In this document: in pieces, positions 63,436 to 64,000 of the stretch
How positions within the stretch are numbered: the stretch's first letter is position 1
How the letters are laid out: every line of letters starts with the position of its first letter
Source of the DNA: Octopus vulgaris
Taxonomy: Eukaryota
Length of the DNA: 64,000 nt
Direction: 5' to 3'
NCBI GenBank assembly: GCA_951406725.2
Contig: OX597837.1
Coordinates: 33,232,001-33,296,000 of the forward strand
Notes under the pieces: generated by a model
Seen by the model: the letters and a program-made list of their open reading frames with translations, nothing else
Told to the model about the DNA's origin: nothing
The model's database searches: none
Program-made: the position numbers and the translations under genes

Positions 63436-63660
63436 AACCCTTTAGTATTTAAACCGGCCATATCCGGCCAAAATAACTAATCTGTTTTATGTTCAAACTG
63501 ACCAGATCCAGGCTCTCACACCTACCCTACAATGTTATTCTACATTAAGTAATTACACCATCAACATCTTGAAGATATGAGATAATGCATGATTAATTCA
63601 AATCAATATGAATCAATAAGCATTATGTTTGATAGAATAATCTGAACACTAAAGGGTTAA
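63434..63660 (+). mobile_element. piggyBac-type MITE
   Basis: TTAA flanks and CCCTTTAG TIRs. Confidence 0.85.
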
Positions 63661-64000
63661 GTTATCTATCTGATCTGGCAAAGTTTCTACAGCTGGATGC
63701 CCTTCCTAAAGCCAACCACTCTGAGAGTGTAGTGGGTGCTTTTTACATGCCACCGGCACGAGGGCCAGTCGGGCGGTACTGGCTTCGGCCATGCTTGAAT
63801 GGTGCTTTTTACGTGCAACCAGCACAGGAATTAATTTTGAAATAATGAAGAATTCAGTAAAACTGTTTTGTTATCATTAAACTGACATTTGGAACATAAA
63901 TAAACTTGAAATTTTGATGGAAGCTTTTAATTTAGATCACTTTAAAAGAGACAGTTTATATTATAGGACCAAGGGCAATATCAGAAGGATTCATTTTTAC

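Noticed and set aside
57491-64000. Upstream RNF19 exons (RING1 and IBR N-half, ...CPAPDCG)
   Set aside because: No matching reading frame found by eye; they probably lie beyond the window end

Overview
AT-rich, repeat-dense animal genomic DNA. The repeat content (tRNA-derived SINE families, RTE/CR1/Penelope fragments, many (TA)n/(CA)n/(AAT)n microsatellites) fits an octopus or other coleoid cephalopod; this is an inference. One host gene is recognisable: the 3' part of an RNF19A/B (Dorfin-like) RBR E3 ubiquitin ligase on the minus strand. It has 8 phase-consistent GT-AG coding exons from 57490 to 28831, covering the IBR C-half, RING2, two TM segments and a long C-terminal tail; the RING1 exons lie beyond the window. 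Everything else is transposon-derived or simple repeat. Most notable observations: (1) five or more hammerhead-ribozyme-like motifs of two structural types in Penelope-type repeat ends next to (TA)n tracts, with a compensatory stem-I change between two copies; (2) the commonest 'SINE-like' repeat is really the 3' UTR of an RTE-clade LINE carrying a variable-copy ~60-bp minisatellite; (3) a SINE that shares its 3' tail with an L1/Tx1-like LINE, and SINEs with swapped modules; (4) an unusual density of local fold-back inverted repeats; (5) a Helitron and a SINE whose empty pre-insertion sites survive in adjacent tandem duplicates; (6) a candidate alternative last exon or long 3' UTR of RNF19. 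Most ORFs in the supplied track are microsatellite or TE artefacts.
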